NCBI GenBank assembly: GCA_002293685.1
Contig: DBDS01000006.1
Location: 180,909 to 244,908 of the forward strand
Length of the DNA stretch: 64,000 nt
Reading direction: 5' to 3'
From: Patescibacteria group bacterium UBA926
GTDB taxonomy: Bacteria > Patescibacteriota > Doudnabacteria > UBA920
Part shown: piece by piece, positions 21,435 to 32,024 of the stretch
How the letters are laid out: each line of letters opens with the position of its first letter
Position numbering within the stretch: the first letter of the stretch is position 1
Notes under the pieces: generated by a model
Seen by the model: the letters and a program-made list of their open reading frames with translations, nothing else
Database searches by the model: none
What the model was told of the DNA's origin: nothing
Program-made: the position numbers and the translations under genes

Positions 21435-22112
21435 ATGATTGAATTCAAAAAAGTTACCAAATACTATAACAACCATAAGGCACTCAACAATATAAACCTC
21501 CATGTTAAGCAGGGAGAGTTTATTTCGTTAGTAGGCATGAGCGGGGCAGGGAAGTCCACGATGCTCAAGCTTTTGGTTGGTGAAGAACAACTGGACGACG
21601 GAAGCATCCTTATCGACGATATCGATATGACTAAAATCCGTAAATCGGATTTGCCATACTTACGACGCAAAATTGGAGTTGTCTTTCAAGATATTAAACT
21701 TTTACCTAAACGAACCGCGTTTGAAAACGTTGCTTTCGCGATGGAAGTATCTGGTCACACCAAAGAACAAATCAACAAAGATGTACCGCGCATTCTAGAA
21801 CTTGTAGGCCTAACTCACAAAACTCACAACTTCCCACATGAAATGAGCGGTGGAGAAAAACAGCGTGTTGCCATTGCGCGTAGTTTGGCTCATCGGCCGG
21901 TTTTGCTTTTGGCAGATGAACCTACCGGCAACTTAGACGAAATCAACGCAGCCGAAGTAATCGACTTACTACTTAAAATCAACGAACTAGGAACAACAGT
22001 ACTTCTCGCAACTCACGCCTCCGACCTAGTAAACAAAATCAAGAAACGCGTAATCACAATTGAAGGCGGACAGATTACAATGGAACAAGAAAAAGGTAAG
22101 TACAAATTATAA
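21435..22112 (+). CDS. ftsE: Cell division ATP-binding protein FtsE
   Basis: GMSGAGKST, PYLRRKIGVVFQD, MSGGEKQRV, ADEPTGNLD. Confidence 0.94.
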   Translation: MIEFKKVTKYYNNHKALNNINLHVKQGEFISLVGMSGAGKSTMLKLLVGEEQLDDGSILIDDIDMTKIRKSDLPYLRRKIGVVFQDIKLLPKRTAFENVAFAMEVSGHTKEQINKDVPRILELVGLTHKTHNFPHEMSGGEKQRVAIARSLAHRPVLLLADEPTGNLDEINAAEVIDLLLKINELGTTVLLATHASDLVNKIKKRVITIEGGQITMEQEKGKYKL

Positions 22113-22115
22113 ACC

Positions 22116-23033
22116 ATGAAATTTTTCATCTCACTGCTACGAATTATAAAAAGCGGAGTAATGAACCTGCGCCGAAACATTTGGTTGGCAGCAGCTTCAA
22201 CTTTGATCATGACCATCACATTGATTATTCTCTCTGTGATGACGTTGCTATTTATAATTACTAGTTACAGTGTTCAATCAATTCAAGAACGAGTAGATAT
22301 TAGTACTTACTTCAAAAGTGATGTTTCAGAAGCGCGAATTTTAGTTATTCGTGATGAACTTCAGGGAGATTCAAGAATTGCAAGTGTAAATTATGTCTCT
22401 AGCGCAGAAGCAAGACAAAACTTTGAGGAGAATAATCGAGACGACCAACTAATCATTGATTCGCTCAACGAACTTACAGACAATCCATTTCCTTCTACAT
22501 TACAAATCAAAGCCAACAATCTAGAAGACTATCCAGCAATCGCTAATATGTTAGAAGAAAGCAGTTACCGAGATTTAATTCAAGAAATCAACTTTGAAGA
22601 TAACCGCATAATTATTGAAAGATTAAATTCACTTCTAACTTTCATTATCACTTTTGGGCTAATCCTCATGGTTGTATTCTGTTTGATTGCAATTTTGGTG
22701 ATTTTCAATACTATTGCGCTTACCATTTATAATCGCAGGGAAGAGGTTGAAATCATGCGTCTGGTTGGTGCGACCAATTGGTACATCCGTGGTCCGTTCT
22801 TAGTAGAAGCTTTAACATATAGCGTAATTGCAGCCATTATAACTAGTGCCTTAATCTTGCCAATTTACTTCCAAATGCTTCCAAAAATCAGCAATTATCT
22901 AACTCCGGGAGCTAATATTTTCTCTGGAGATATTAAGATATTCTTGGGTGTGATCGTAGTTCAGCTAATAATCGCCTTTATCTTAAGCGCTATTTCCAGC
23001 TTATTAGCTATGCGCAAATATCTTCGCATTTAA
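22116..23033 (+). CDS. ftsX: Cell division permease FtsX
   Basis: NTIALTIYNRREEVEIMRLVGATNWYIRGPF. Confidence 0.93.
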   Translation: MKFFISLLRIIKSGVMNLRRNIWLAAASTLIMTITLIILSVMTLLFIITSYSVQSIQERVDISTYFKSDVSEARILVIRDELQGDSRIASVNYVSSAEARQNFEENNRDDQLIIDSLNELTDNPFPSTLQIKANNLEDYPAIANMLEESSYRDLIQEINFEDNRIIIERLNSLLTFIITFGLILMVVFCLIAILVIFNTIALTIYNRREEVEIMRLVGATNWYIRGPFLVEALTYSVIAAIITSALILPIYFQMLPKISNYLTPGANIFSGDIKIFLGVIVVQLIIAFILSAISSLLAMRKYLRI

Positions 23034-23120
23034 GCCAATTATCCACTTGCAGAATAGAACCAGTGGTATATAATTAGAAAGAGCCAAAACTCTCATGATG
23101 AGGGTTTTTATTTTTTAATC

Positions 23121-23166
23121 TGTCATCCCGGCAGCCACAAGCGAAGCGCGGGCTAGCCGGGATCCA
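23121..23166. repeat. Family A palindromic half-repeat
   Basis: tgtcatcccggc...gccgggatcca. Confidence 0.7.
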
Positions 23167-23172
23167 TTATTT

Positions 23173-23619
23173 ATGAAAGTCATTCTAATAAAAGATGTGC
23201 CGAAAATTGGTAGAAGAGGCGAAGTGAAAGAAGTTAGTGCCGGCTACGCCACCAATTTTCTAATCAAACAAGGATTGGCGAAAGCTGCAACAGTGGAAGC
23301 TCAAACCAAACTTGCTAGTGAGCAGCGTGAAAAAACAGCTAAACAAATTAAGGAGCGAGAGCAGGCCGAACGATACAAAAAGGAATTAGAGACTAGAACC
23401 TTTACTATCAAAGTTAAAACAGGAGACAAGGGACAAATTTTTAGCGGTGTGAATGAAAAAGATATTATTCGAGCCATCTTCCAGAAGACCAAAATTTCTT
23501 TAGAGAAGAAACAAATCACAGCACATCACGCTATCAAGCAACTCGGCCAACATACAATTGTCGTTAAACTGCATTCGGGATTATCTGCCCAAACCAAAAT
23601 TAATATAGAAAGTCTGTAA
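23173..23619 (+). CDS. rplI: 50S ribosomal protein L9
   Basis: [26 protein letters not shown]. Confidence 0.95.
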   Translation: MKVILIKDVPKIGRRGEVKEVSAGYATNFLIKQGLAKAATVEAQTKLASEQREKTAKQIKEREQAERYKKELETRTFTIKVKTGDKGQIFSGVNEKDIIRAIFQKTKISLEKKQITAHHAIKQLGQHTIVVKLHSGLSAQTKINIESL

Positions 23620-25313
23620 TGTCATACCACATTAAAACACGTAAAGCTAAAAAACTTCACACTAAATTTATTTTCGTTTCCGGAGGTGTCATCTCCGGAG
23701 TAGGGAAGGGTGTGACAACCTCGACAATCGCTGCACTTCTTCAATCCCGCGGCTACATTGTTGCACCTGTAAAATGCGATGCCTACCTGAACGTCGATGC
23801 CGGCACAATTCGACCCCAAGAGCACGGCGAAGTTTTTGTCACCGACGATGGAATGGAAACCGATCAAGACTTAGGAAATTACGAACGTTTTCTAAACACC
23901 GATTTATCTAAAGCAAACTACGTCACTAACGGTCAGCTGTATCAAACAATCATTCAAAAGGAACGTAATTTTGAATACGACGGCGAAGATGTGGAGGTTG
24001 CACTTCATGTGCCAGAAGAAATAATCAATCGATTAGAGCAAGCAGCGAAAGCTCGCAAAGCTGACTTTGTAATCTGTGAAATTGGTGGTACGGTTGGGGA
24101 ATATCAGAATATTTTGTTTATCGAAGCGAATCGAATCATGAAGTACCGTCATGGCCGCGACACCGCTCACGTTCATGTTGGTTATTTACCAACTCCGCCT
24201 AGCATAGGTGAAATGAAATCGAAGCCTGTCCAAAATTCTGTGAAGCAATTGATTTCTTCTGGAATTCAACCCGATTTTTTGATTGCCCGAGCCGAAACTA
24301 AGCTCGACGACCGTCGCAAGCAAACACTTGCCTGGACAACTAACATTCCTGTGGAAAACATTATTTCTGCACCAAATGTTGATAGCATTTACCGTGTACC
24401 GGCCAACTTTGATAAAGAAGGATTAACCGATCAATTACTCAGGCATTTCGAACTGCCTTCAAAAAAGCGTGATTTAAAGAACTGGAAAAAGTTCGCTGAA
24501 AAGATTACTCGAATTGAAAACTCAGATAAAGTGATTAACATTGCCGTTGTTGGTAAGTATTTTGAAACCGGTGACCACAAACTTTCTGATGTCTATGTTT
24601 CTGTGATTGAAGCATTAAAGCATGGCGGCTGGGCAAATAACGCCAAAGTAAATCTTGAATGGGTTTCAAGTGCGACCATCGAGAAACAGGGTGCTAAAAA
24701 GATTTTGTCCGGTTACGACGGAATTTGTGTGCCGGGTGGTTTCGGTAGTCGGGGAGTGGAAGGAATTATCTCAGCAATTGAATACGCGCGCAAACAAAAA
24801 ATCCCTTATTTGGGATTGTGTTATGGAATGCAATTAGCAACTATCGAATTCGCACGCAATGTTTGTCGATTACGAACAGCTCATACAACGGAAGTAGAGA
24901 AAGAAGCTCGTCATCCAATTATTCACATTATGCCCGATCAAGAGAAGATGCTTCTTAACCGAGAATACGGCGCTACGATGAGACTTGGTGCGTGGGATTG
25001 TTTAGTCACACGCGGAACCAAGGCAGAAAAAGCTTACTTGCGCGGCGGTTGGCTCAAAGCTAAAGGTGCTGCCAAAATTTCCGAACGTCATCGTCATCGT
25101 TACGAATTTAATAATGAGTATCGAGAAAAGTTAGAAAACGCAGGACTAGTAATTTCTGGGGCTACCCCAGATGGTCAACTTGTTGAAATCATCGAGCTGA
25201 AAGATCATCCGTTTTTCATCGCAACCCAATTTCATCCAGAATTTAAATCTCGACCCCTAGAACCGCATCCTTTATTCACAGAATTTGTCCGTGCAGTTAT
25301 AAAAAGAAAATAA
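23619..25313 (+). CDS. pyrG: CTP synthase
   Basis: GGVISGVGKG, HGEVFVTDDG, GLCYGMQ, ERHRHRYE, QFHPEF. Confidence 0.97.
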   Translation: MSYHIKTRKAKKLHTKFIFVSGGVISGVGKGVTTSTIAALLQSRGYIVAPVKCDAYLNVDAGTIRPQEHGEVFVTDDGMETDQDLGNYERFLNTDLSKANYVTNGQLYQTIIQKERNFEYDGEDVEVALHVPEEIINRLEQAAKARKADFVICEIGGTVGEYQNILFIEANRIMKYRHGRDTAHVHVGYLPTPPSIGEMKSKPVQNSVKQLISSGIQPDFLIARAETKLDDRRKQTLAWTTNIPVENIISAPNVDSIYRVPANFDKEGLTDQLLRHFELPSKKRDLKNWKKFAEKITRIENSDKVINIAVVGKYFETGDHKLSDVYVSVIEALKHGGWANNAKVNLEWVSSATIEKQGAKKILSGYDGICVPGGFGSRGVEGIISAIEYARKQKIPYLGLCYGMQLATIEFARNVCRLRTAHTTEVEKEARHPIIHIMPDQEKMLLNREYGATMRLGAWDCLVTRGTKAEKAYLRGGWLKAKGAAKISERHRHRYEFNNEYREKLENAGLVISGATPDGQLVEIIELKDHPFFIATQFHPEFKSRPLEPHPLFTEFVRAVIKRK

Positions 25314-25318
25314 ATATC

Positions 25319-25352
25319 AAAAAACCGCCCGATAAATCGAGGCGGTCTTTTT
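25319..25352. terminator. Bidirectional terminator between pyrG and rpmA
   Basis: aaaaaaccgcc-cgataaatcga-ggcggtcttttt. Confidence 0.7.
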
Positions 25353-25360
25353 ATTTGTGG

Positions 25361-25681
25361 TTAAGCTGCTACTTTAGCAGGAGCTTTTGATTCTACTTTT
25401 GCAGTTACAGGCTCTACACTTACTACACGAGTGCTACGTAGGTTGCCATGAAACTTTCGAACCAATTTATTCTGGAACTTTACAACTCCATCGATTAAAG
25501 AGTAGAGAGTAGAGTCGCCAGCGGTTTTAACATTTTTTCCAGCATGGAATTTATTACCATGTTGACGAACGATGATTTCACCTTTTTGGACACGTTGGTC
25601 ACCAAAGATTTTTACACCAAGTCGTTTTGATACGGAGTCGCGCCCCAGGGCGGTTGAGCCTCCAGCTTTCTTATGAGCCAT
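25361..25681 (-). CDS. rpmA: 50S ribosomal protein L27
   Basis: [20 protein letters not shown]. Confidence 0.96.
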   Translation of the reverse strand: MAHKKAGGSTALGRDSVSKRLGVKIFGDQRVQKGEIIVRQHGNKFHAGKNVKTAGDSTLYSLIDGVVKFQNKLVRKFHGNLRSTRVVSVEPVTAKVESKAPAKVAA

Positions 25682-25831
25682 AGCCTTATCGTATATCTCC
25701 GCATGTAGATTGCACAGAACTCAATCTGCCGTTCTTCACACAAAGTTAATTATCTATATTAAATGAGCGACTCGATAATTGGACTAGCAGAAAACTGTTC
25801 AATTAGTGAGTTGCCTAAAAGATAATGGTTT

Positions 25832-25980
25832 CTCGGTTGCGGCGAATTCGAGGAGCCAGTGAGCAACGAGCGAAGCGTACTTATAGGTACGCAGAGCGAG
25901 TAGCGGAGCTGGTGACAAAGAAGTCGCCCAAAGCTGTACGGAAGTCCGGACTTGTTCCGGACAGTAGTACAGCGACCGAG
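25832..25980. repeat. Family B nested inverted-repeat element
   Basis: ctcggttgc...gcgaccgag termini, internal gcgtac..gtacgc and gtccgga..tccggac hairpins. Confidence 0.65.
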
Positions 25981-25986
25981 GAAGCA

Positions 25987-27276
25987 TTACAACTTTTCAA
26001 AAATGATAATCTCCCTGGCGACGATCTGGTCCTTCCGATCGTATATTGCCGTCGCTCGATCCGTGAGCTTTAAAAACGGCAGACTTTCGGCCAGATTGTT
26101 TGGGATCAAATCTACCAAATTATAGCCGATATCCTTAATAAAGTCAAGGTTTTCCAGCTGAATATAGCTGTCACCCTTCTTGTAAGCAGGGAGGCACATT
26201 ACAACTTTAGCCCCTTTTGATAAAAACTTTACGTAGTCTTGAAAGGCCTTTGTATATAATTGTGTTAGCTGCTCGAAGTTTGCCTTAATTTCGGCAGGGG
26301 AGGGGAATTCGCCATAGATCGGACCAAGATATCCTTCTGTGACAATTCCTGAAACCTGTGGAAAAGCTCCGACTTGTTTGAGATGCTCGATAACTTTAGA
26401 AACTTCTGCGACATCGGAAGTCTCGACATGATACTTGCCCTTAGAAATTTTATAACGGTTTCGGAACCATTCCAAGTTCTTTTCGCTGCCAGCGATTGCA
26501 ACTGGGTTGATATCTGTACCGAGCATTTTATAACCTTGAAGAACTCCTTCTTGAATAATCGTGCCGATACCACAAAATGGGTCGAGGAGGATTTCGTTAG
26601 GCTTCGCTCCAGCAAAGTTAACCATCATTTGAGCAACCTTTGGCGGAATCATGCCTTGCTTATCGTCACGGACAGGACGCTGATAATCACGACGGCCGTA
26701 ATCTTCAAAATCTTGAACCGATAATGTTTTGGCAACATATAACTTAGTCGGAGAGGCGAGTACACAAATCTCTGCTCCTTTAGTGAGTAAGTTGTTATGA
26801 GTGACGACAACCGAAGCAAGGGTCAAGCTATTGAACTGAGGAAGGACCAATCGAATACTGGCGCCAGCTTCTTGCATAGCGCGCTTAATAAACATACCCA
26901 AACGTTTCGGTTCACCGAAAGCACTCAATTCTGGGTCGAGTAAATAAACGCTAATCCCGAATTGAATCTTCCCTTTGAGGTTGTGTAAAAAGTCACGCTT
27001 CAGTTTACTAGGCTTAAAATAATTCTGCAGGGCAAAATTAATATAATCAGTTTCTTTTTTCTTTACCTCGTCTAAGACTTTAAGAATCTTAACGACTCCG
27101 CCCAGCTCCCGTTGAATCTTTTGAACTTCGAGTTGCTCATCGGTTTCGACGATTAATACCTCGTGCGAGATATCGACTATCTTCACTGTCCAACCGTGAT
27201 TTTGAAAATAAAAAAACAGCTCGGCTAAAGAGAGCGTGTAAACTCGACCTAACACAAATGCGTATCGATATGTCAT
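25987..27276 (-). CDS. Trm11-like SAM-dependent RNA methyltransferase
   Basis: RDYQRP, GMIPPKVAQMMVN, LDPFCGIGT, TEGYLGP; ATG at 27276 preferred. Confidence 0.82.
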   Translation of the reverse strand: MTYRYAFVLGRVYTLSLAELFFYFQNHGWTVKIVDISHEVLIVETDEQLEVQKIQRELGGVVKILKVLDEVKKKETDYINFALQNYFKPSKLKRDFLHNLKGKIQFGISVYLLDPELSAFGEPKRLGMFIKRAMQEAGASIRLVLPQFNSLTLASVVVTHNNLLTKGAEICVLASPTKLYVAKTLSVQDFEDYGRRDYQRPVRDDKQGMIPPKVAQMMVNFAGAKPNEILLDPFCGIGTIIQEGVLQGYKMLGTDINPVAIAGSEKNLEWFRNRYKISKGKYHVETSDVAEVSKVIEHLKQVGAFPQVSGIVTEGYLGPIYGEFPSPAEIKANFEQLTQLYTKAFQDYVKFLSKGAKVVMCLPAYKKGDSYIQLENLDFIKDIGYNLVDLIPNNLAESLPFLKLTDRATAIYDRKDQIVAREIIIFEKL

Positions 27277-27383
27277 GTTTATAGTGCCGGACTTGACCCC
27301 GTCTCGCCGGTGGCGAGTCGTGGAAGGCCGGTATTCGCCACCTAACGGAGGCATTCATTAATAATTAACCCTCAAAAAATTGT

Positions 27384-27737
27384 ATGAATAAACTTATGGA
27401 AACACACAAACCAAAATTAAAGATTCTAGCTTTAGTTTGTTTAGTTCAACTTGGAAGTTTTGGCGCCGGATTGTACAGCGGTCATACGTACTGGCCGAAG
27501 CAATCGGTGCAAGTAGCTTTGCCTAATTATACCACGGAGAATGTGAAAGCTCCAAAACCTACTGCGCCGACTAATACCACGCAGCCAACACCAAACACAG
27601 AATGTAATATCAAAGGAAGTAAAAGCAGGTTGTACCATTTACCAGGTGGTGCGTTCTATGATCGAACCAACCCGCAAGTTTGCTTTGAAACCGAAGCCGA
27701 AGCGCAGGCAGCTGGATACACTAAATCAAGTCGATAA
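27384..27737 (+). CDS. Membrane-anchored protein with Ada-metal-binding/sunset-like C-terminal domain
   Basis: CNIKG..YHLPGG.FY...CF.TEAEAQAAGY. Confidence 0.7.
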   Translation: MNKLMETHKPKLKILALVCLVQLGSFGAGLYSGHTYWPKQSVQVALPNYTTENVKAPKPTAPTNTTQPTPNTECNIKGSKSRLYHLPGGAFYDRTNPQVCFETEAEAQAAGYTKSSR

Positions 27738-27786
27738 AAAAAGACCGCTACCAATAAATTGGCAGCGGTAAATACAGAAGTTTCAC

Positions 27787-28140
27787 TTAGCATTCACACA
27801 TAACTCGTCCGCGCCCCTTCCTATTTCCTGGGCTATATTTAGCCCAAATCTCGGTCCAGCGAACATCGATGTTGGGATTCAATCTCAGAAGAGCGTCAAA
27901 GTTCTCTTGAGTGCTAGCAACCTTTCCCTTGACGAAGTAACTTGTCCGTCCATAACGACAGACCTCTTCGACCACAATCGTCAGCTTAATCTTCTTTGAA
28001 TGATCAGTGTCATTCCTTAGGGTTAAGGGAAACAGTCTACGCTTACCGTCAGGTAATGTATCAAATAAACACAATTCCAATTCGCGAAGATTACCCCCAT
28101 GGGTAATCTCAACCTCAGCATACTTTTTAAACCAACCCAT
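27787..28140 (-). CDS. Hypothetical protein
   Basis: GGAGG before ATG at 28140; converges on a terminator at ~27740-27770. Confidence 0.5.
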   Translation of the reverse strand: MGWFKKYAEVEITHGGNLRELELCLFDTLPDGKRRLFPLTLRNDTDHSKKIKLTIVVEEVCRYGRTSYFVKGKVASTQENFDALLRLNPNIDVRWTEIWAKYSPGNRKGRGRVMCEC

Positions 28141-28304
28141 ATTCTCCTCCAATATCGGATTTTTGCCTCGTGTTAAGTGTTGGTACACTCTGACCTGTCA
28201 AAGCAGGCGACCTAGAATACACTAGGAATTTCCTCAATTACTTGAGATGCAAATTATATCATAATATTGCATAATTGTCAATTGAATGATAAACTAAGTG
28301 CAAT

Positions 28305-29534
28305 ATGAAATCAAAGATCTACTTAGACAACGCAGCCTCAACGAAACCTGCTAAGGCCGTTTTAGACGCTATGAAGCCCTACCTAAAGGGATATTTTGGC
28401 AATCCTAGCAGTTTACACGAACTTGGAGTTTCTTCTAGACAGGCGATTGATGGCGCAAGAGAACAGGTCGCGGGAGTGTTGAATAGCCGACCTTCAGAAA
28501 TAATTTTTACCGGCGGGGGAACAGAGAGTATCAATCTAGCAATTTTTGGTGTCGCCAAGGCCTATCTAAAGCAGCACAAGAAGCCTGGTCGAATTATTGT
28601 TTCCAAAATCGAACACGAAGCGGTTTTAGAATCTGTAAAAGCTTTAGAAGCCGATGGTTGGAAAATTGATTTCCTTCAGGTAGATAAACTTGGATTCGTG
28701 AACCCGAAAGATTTATCAAAACTAATCAAACCAGACACTGCGTTAGTGTCAGTTATGTATGCCAATAATGAAGTTGGTACCATCCAACCTCTTGTACAAC
28801 TTGGCAGTGTAATAGCTGGAGTGAACCGTAACCGCAGATTAAAGAAGTTATCTAATGTGGTTTTTCACACTGATGCGTGTCAGGCTGGAGGCAATCTAGA
28901 ATTAGATGTTCAGAAACTGAAAGTTGATTTACTCACTCTCAACGGAAGCAAGATTAACGGACCGAAAGGTGCGGGAATTCTTTTTGTTCGAACTGGAACT
29001 AAGATTGAACCATTGATTTATGGTGGGGGACAAGAGCGGGGACTACGAAGCGGAACAGAGAATACTCCGGCGATTATCGGCTTCGCGACTGCTCTTCAAC
29101 TTGCGCAAAAAAATCGTTTGAAGAATGTAAAAACTTTGCACAGCCTGCAAACTTTTTTAGAAACCAATCTTAAGAAAATTTCTGGAGTCACCATAAACGG
29201 TCCAAAGAATTCTAAACTTATTCAAGACGAATTTAATTTTGGACTCCTTAAGTTACCGGGCACAATCAACTTTTCGGTTAAGAATACTGAAGGCGAATCA
29301 CTGATGCTGTATTTAGACGCAGCTGGATTTGCTGTGGCAACTGGGAGTGCATGCACAACAGGTTCAGAAGATCCTTCACACGTGCTATTAGCGATGGGAG
29401 TTGAACCTGTATTGGCCAAGTCGACAATTAGACTCAGTTTAGGTTATGATGTAACCAAAGCAAACCTTTCGAAGTTAACCACCGTTTTATCTAAGACGGT
29501 CGACATGCTGAAAAAAACAAAACAAGAAATCTAA
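28305..29534 (+). CDS. iscS: Cysteine desulfurase (IscS/NifS group I)
   Basis: YLDNAAST, FHTDACQ, GGGQERGLRSGTEN, ATGSAC. Confidence 0.92.
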   Translation: MKSKIYLDNAASTKPAKAVLDAMKPYLKGYFGNPSSLHELGVSSRQAIDGAREQVAGVLNSRPSEIIFTGGGTESINLAIFGVAKAYLKQHKKPGRIIVSKIEHEAVLESVKALEADGWKIDFLQVDKLGFVNPKDLSKLIKPDTALVSVMYANNEVGTIQPLVQLGSVIAGVNRNRRLKKLSNVVFHTDACQAGGNLELDVQKLKVDLLTLNGSKINGPKGAGILFVRTGTKIEPLIYGGGQERGLRSGTENTPAIIGFATALQLAQKNRLKNVKTLHSLQTFLETNLKKISGVTINGPKNSKLIQDEFNFGLLKLPGTINFSVKNTEGESLMLYLDAAGFAVATGSACTTGSEDPSHVLLAMGVEPVLAKSTIRLSLGYDVTKANLSKLTTVLSKTVDMLKKTKQEI

Positions 29535-29558
29535 ACACTTTACAGGAGGTAAAAATTA

Positions 29559-29765
29559 ATGCAAAGAAAACCAGGCGAAACCCCTGAACAACTAAGGCAA
29601 AGAATTCATGAAATTTATCCCGATCTAACTGAAGTCGAAACAGAAGTTATGCTGGTAGGCTTAATCGGTACGAGGATCGACCAACATGGACGCATCTTAG
29701 GCCCTAAACTTACTCATCATTATGACGAGGATGCAAACCCTGTAAAAGGTACTAAGGTACCTTAA
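29559..29765 (+). CDS. Small hypothetical protein
   Basis: AGGAGGT RBS, 68 aa. Confidence 0.55.
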   Translation: MQRKPGETPEQLRQRIHEIYPDLTEVETEVMLVGLIGTRIDQHGRILGPKLTHHYDEDANPVKGTKVP

Positions 29766-29959
29766 CCTACGTAGTAAAGATCTAAATTGATTCTTTGCTA
29801 CTTTTTTTATATGACGACCGTCAATCAAATAACAAGTATCCTTAAGTGGAGAGTGTATAATAATCAGAAGTAGAATTATATGTAGGTCAGGGCAATATAA
29901 TGAAAAGAGATAGAGAATAACGCAAAATTCAAATCATACTACGGACATTGAACAATATA

Positions 29960-30210
29960 CATAGGGGAGCATGTGTTTTGAGATTAACACCGTGTCGCAC
30001 AATGTATGTTCTACGACATGCACATGCATGTCGTAGAACATCCGTCATATTTTGCGACAAATTTTTTGTCGCAAAATATGACAATCATCGCGCCGCTCAA
30101 TTTCATGACTATCACTTCCACCGTCTATGCATCAGGAAATAAATTCCTGATGCATGGACTTAAACTCAACTTATAAATATTCTAAGGTAGTGCTCTCCCC
30201 TCCTTATAGG
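29960..30210 (+). ncRNA. Candidate structured ncRNA or hairpin array
   Basis: Hairpins of 17, 18 and 16 bp at 30006-30041, 30044-30082 and 30123-30159. Confidence 0.4.
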
Positions 30211-30282
30211 TAGGGGATTCGCAAATCAAAAAAACCGCCCAAGGCGGTTTTGAATTTTCACGACACTTTCTCCCCTCTTAAA

Positions 30283-31281
30283 CTAAAAACATTTTCCTTG
30301 CTCTTTAGGATGACATGAAAAGTGCATATAATCTTTCAAGCTTCTCCACTCTCCACCCCAACCAAAGCCTGCAGCTTTAAAAGTTCTAACAACTGTACCA
30401 TTAATGGGTAAAGATAATAGATCACACCCCGTAGACGGGCAAGGTCTCCAATAGTCACCAACTCGTTTATTTCCTTTTATATAATAATTTTGTTTCCAGT
30501 TAATATCAAAGGTTAATCCGAATGAATGAGTTGATAACTTAGAGCTACCCACTGCTTGTCTCCAAGTAAAACTTCCCAGATCATTAATTGGTGGCTTTTC
30601 TGGACTATCATAAATTTGCTGAAACACAGCTTTTACTTTCTGCTCCAGACATCGCTGAACTGTTACATTATACTGTGTTGGAGATTTTGTATTACCAGAA
30701 AGTTTCCAAGCAGGTACAGAAAAAGTTACCATGTTGGCACGGGCTTCTGACTCAGAAGCAAAGGTACTTTTACAACCACTACTACTAGGCATATCAGCGC
30801 TATCATAGAAATCACCTGCTAAACAACCAGAACCAAAACCCACCTCTTCACAACCTGGGATGGGTTCTGCGTCAAAAATCGGTGGCTGGATCGGTTTAAA
30901 AGCGACGAGCGACGGATTAATAAAGTACAATAACATATAGCTTCCGCCCAGTATCGCAATACCAACTAAAGAGTTCATCAAAATTGATTTGGCTTTTCCT
31001 TTGCCAGTCTCCCCGCTTGTAATATATAAATAACCAGCCAAGACCAAGAAGAAAACCAAGACCAACGCACCGGCACTTAAACTAAATCGGTAAAGTCGAT
31101 TTATACATCGCTCTAAATCTTTTCCATCAGCCGGTTCACTCGGTGTGCACAAATAATCTTTCAAACTCGAATCAACGCCACTATAAGTTGGCAGTGCATT
31201 TGTCTCTTGTGCAAATACAAAAACAGGGTTGAGCGCAACCAAGACAAATCCGATTATAACCAGTATCTTTATAAACTTCAT
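30283..31281 (-). CDS. Pilin-like (TrbC/VirB2-type) membrane module fused to M15 metallopeptidase
   Basis: Signal peptide, AGYLYITSGE..KAK pilin-like hairpin; STHSFGLTFDIN and WGGEW..KDYMHF. Confidence 0.8.
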   Translation of the reverse strand: MKFIKILVIIGFVLVALNPVFVFAQETNALPTYSGVDSSLKDYLCTPSEPADGKDLERCINRLYRFSLSAGALVLVFFLVLAGYLYITSGETGKGKAKSILMNSLVGIAILGGSYMLLYFINPSLVAFKPIQPPIFDAEPIPGCEEVGFGSGCLAGDFYDSADMPSSSGCKSTFASESEARANMVTFSVPAWKLSGNTKSPTQYNVTVQRCLEQKVKAVFQQIYDSPEKPPINDLGSFTWRQAVGSSKLSTHSFGLTFDINWKQNYYIKGNKRVGDYWRPCPSTGCDLLSLPINGTVVRTFKAAGFGWGGEWRSLKDYMHFSCHPKEQGKCF

Positions 31282-32024
31282 TTAGCTAATTCAGTTTCAA
31301 TAACTTGCTGGTAAGTTTCCCACGGGAGTACGCCTTCAAACTTAAGACCATTTATAAATACTGTAGGTGTCGAGCCAACTCCGTAATTCACTCCTTGATT
31401 AGTCAAGTCTTCTACAATTGGTTTATTTATCCTAGCATCAAAGCATTCAGAAAAAGAGGTCGCATTAAGTCCAGTATTTTGAGCAATCTGTTTTAAAGAT
31501 GTGTCACTCAAGGGATTATCAGTTTCAGAAGCTTGGGCTACAAACAAAGCGTCATGGTACTCCCAAAATTTTCCTTGCGCGCTGGAGCACATCGCAGCTT
31601 CAGCTGCCTTGAAAGACTCTTCGCCCAAGAAAGCGAAGTCCCAAAACGCAAACTTAATTTTCCCGGTGTCAATGTATTCAGATTTCAATTTAGAAAAAAT
31701 ATCAAAGTGCCACTGCGCGCAATATGGACATTGATAGTCAGCAAATTCTATTACCGTTACTTTCGCATCATCACTTCCAAGCCTCGGTACACTTTCTGGA
31801 ATTTGAATATCGATCGGTGAATTAATCCCCTGCTCTTGCAAACCTGAGCCAGCAAACTGAGTACCTTGTTTAGATATTTCATTAGCTATTAACCAGCCAG
31901 CGCCCAAGATAGCCATGCCGATTAACCAGGCTGCGATTAAAATAGTGACTATCCAGGGCATTAAGTTCTGCTGTTTTTTAGCCTGATTTCCAGCTTCAGC
32001 TTCTAATTCATTCTGTTCCGTCAT
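31278..32024 (-). CDS. DsbA-family thiol-disulfide oxidoreductase
   Basis: EFADYQCPYC, GKFWEYHDALF, GVGSTPTVFING. Confidence 0.9.
   Translation of the reverse strand: MTEQNELEAEAGNQAKKQQNLMPWIVTILIAAWLIGMAILGAGWLIANEISKQGTQFAGSGLQEQGINSPIDIQIPESVPRLGSDDAKVTVIEFADYQCPYCAQWHFDIFSKLKSEYIDTGKIKFAFWDFAFLGEESFKAAEAAMCSSAQGKFWEYHDALFVAQASETDNPLSDTSLKQIAQNTGLNATSFSECFDARINKPIVEDLTNQGVNYGVGSTPTVFINGLKFEGVLPWETYQQVIETELAK

Noticed and set aside
25799-26073. Two short ORFs on opposite strands
   Set aside because: Translations of the family B element
27285-27357. Riboswitch upstream of the Trm11-like gene
   Set aside because: GC-rich hairpins match no aptamer I recognise and look like a repeat variant
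29948-30142. 64-aa ORF; also tmRNA, RNase P or SRP identity for this region
   Set aside because: ORF runs through palindromes with no RBS; no T arm/CCA, GAGGAAAGTCC or SRP loop motif
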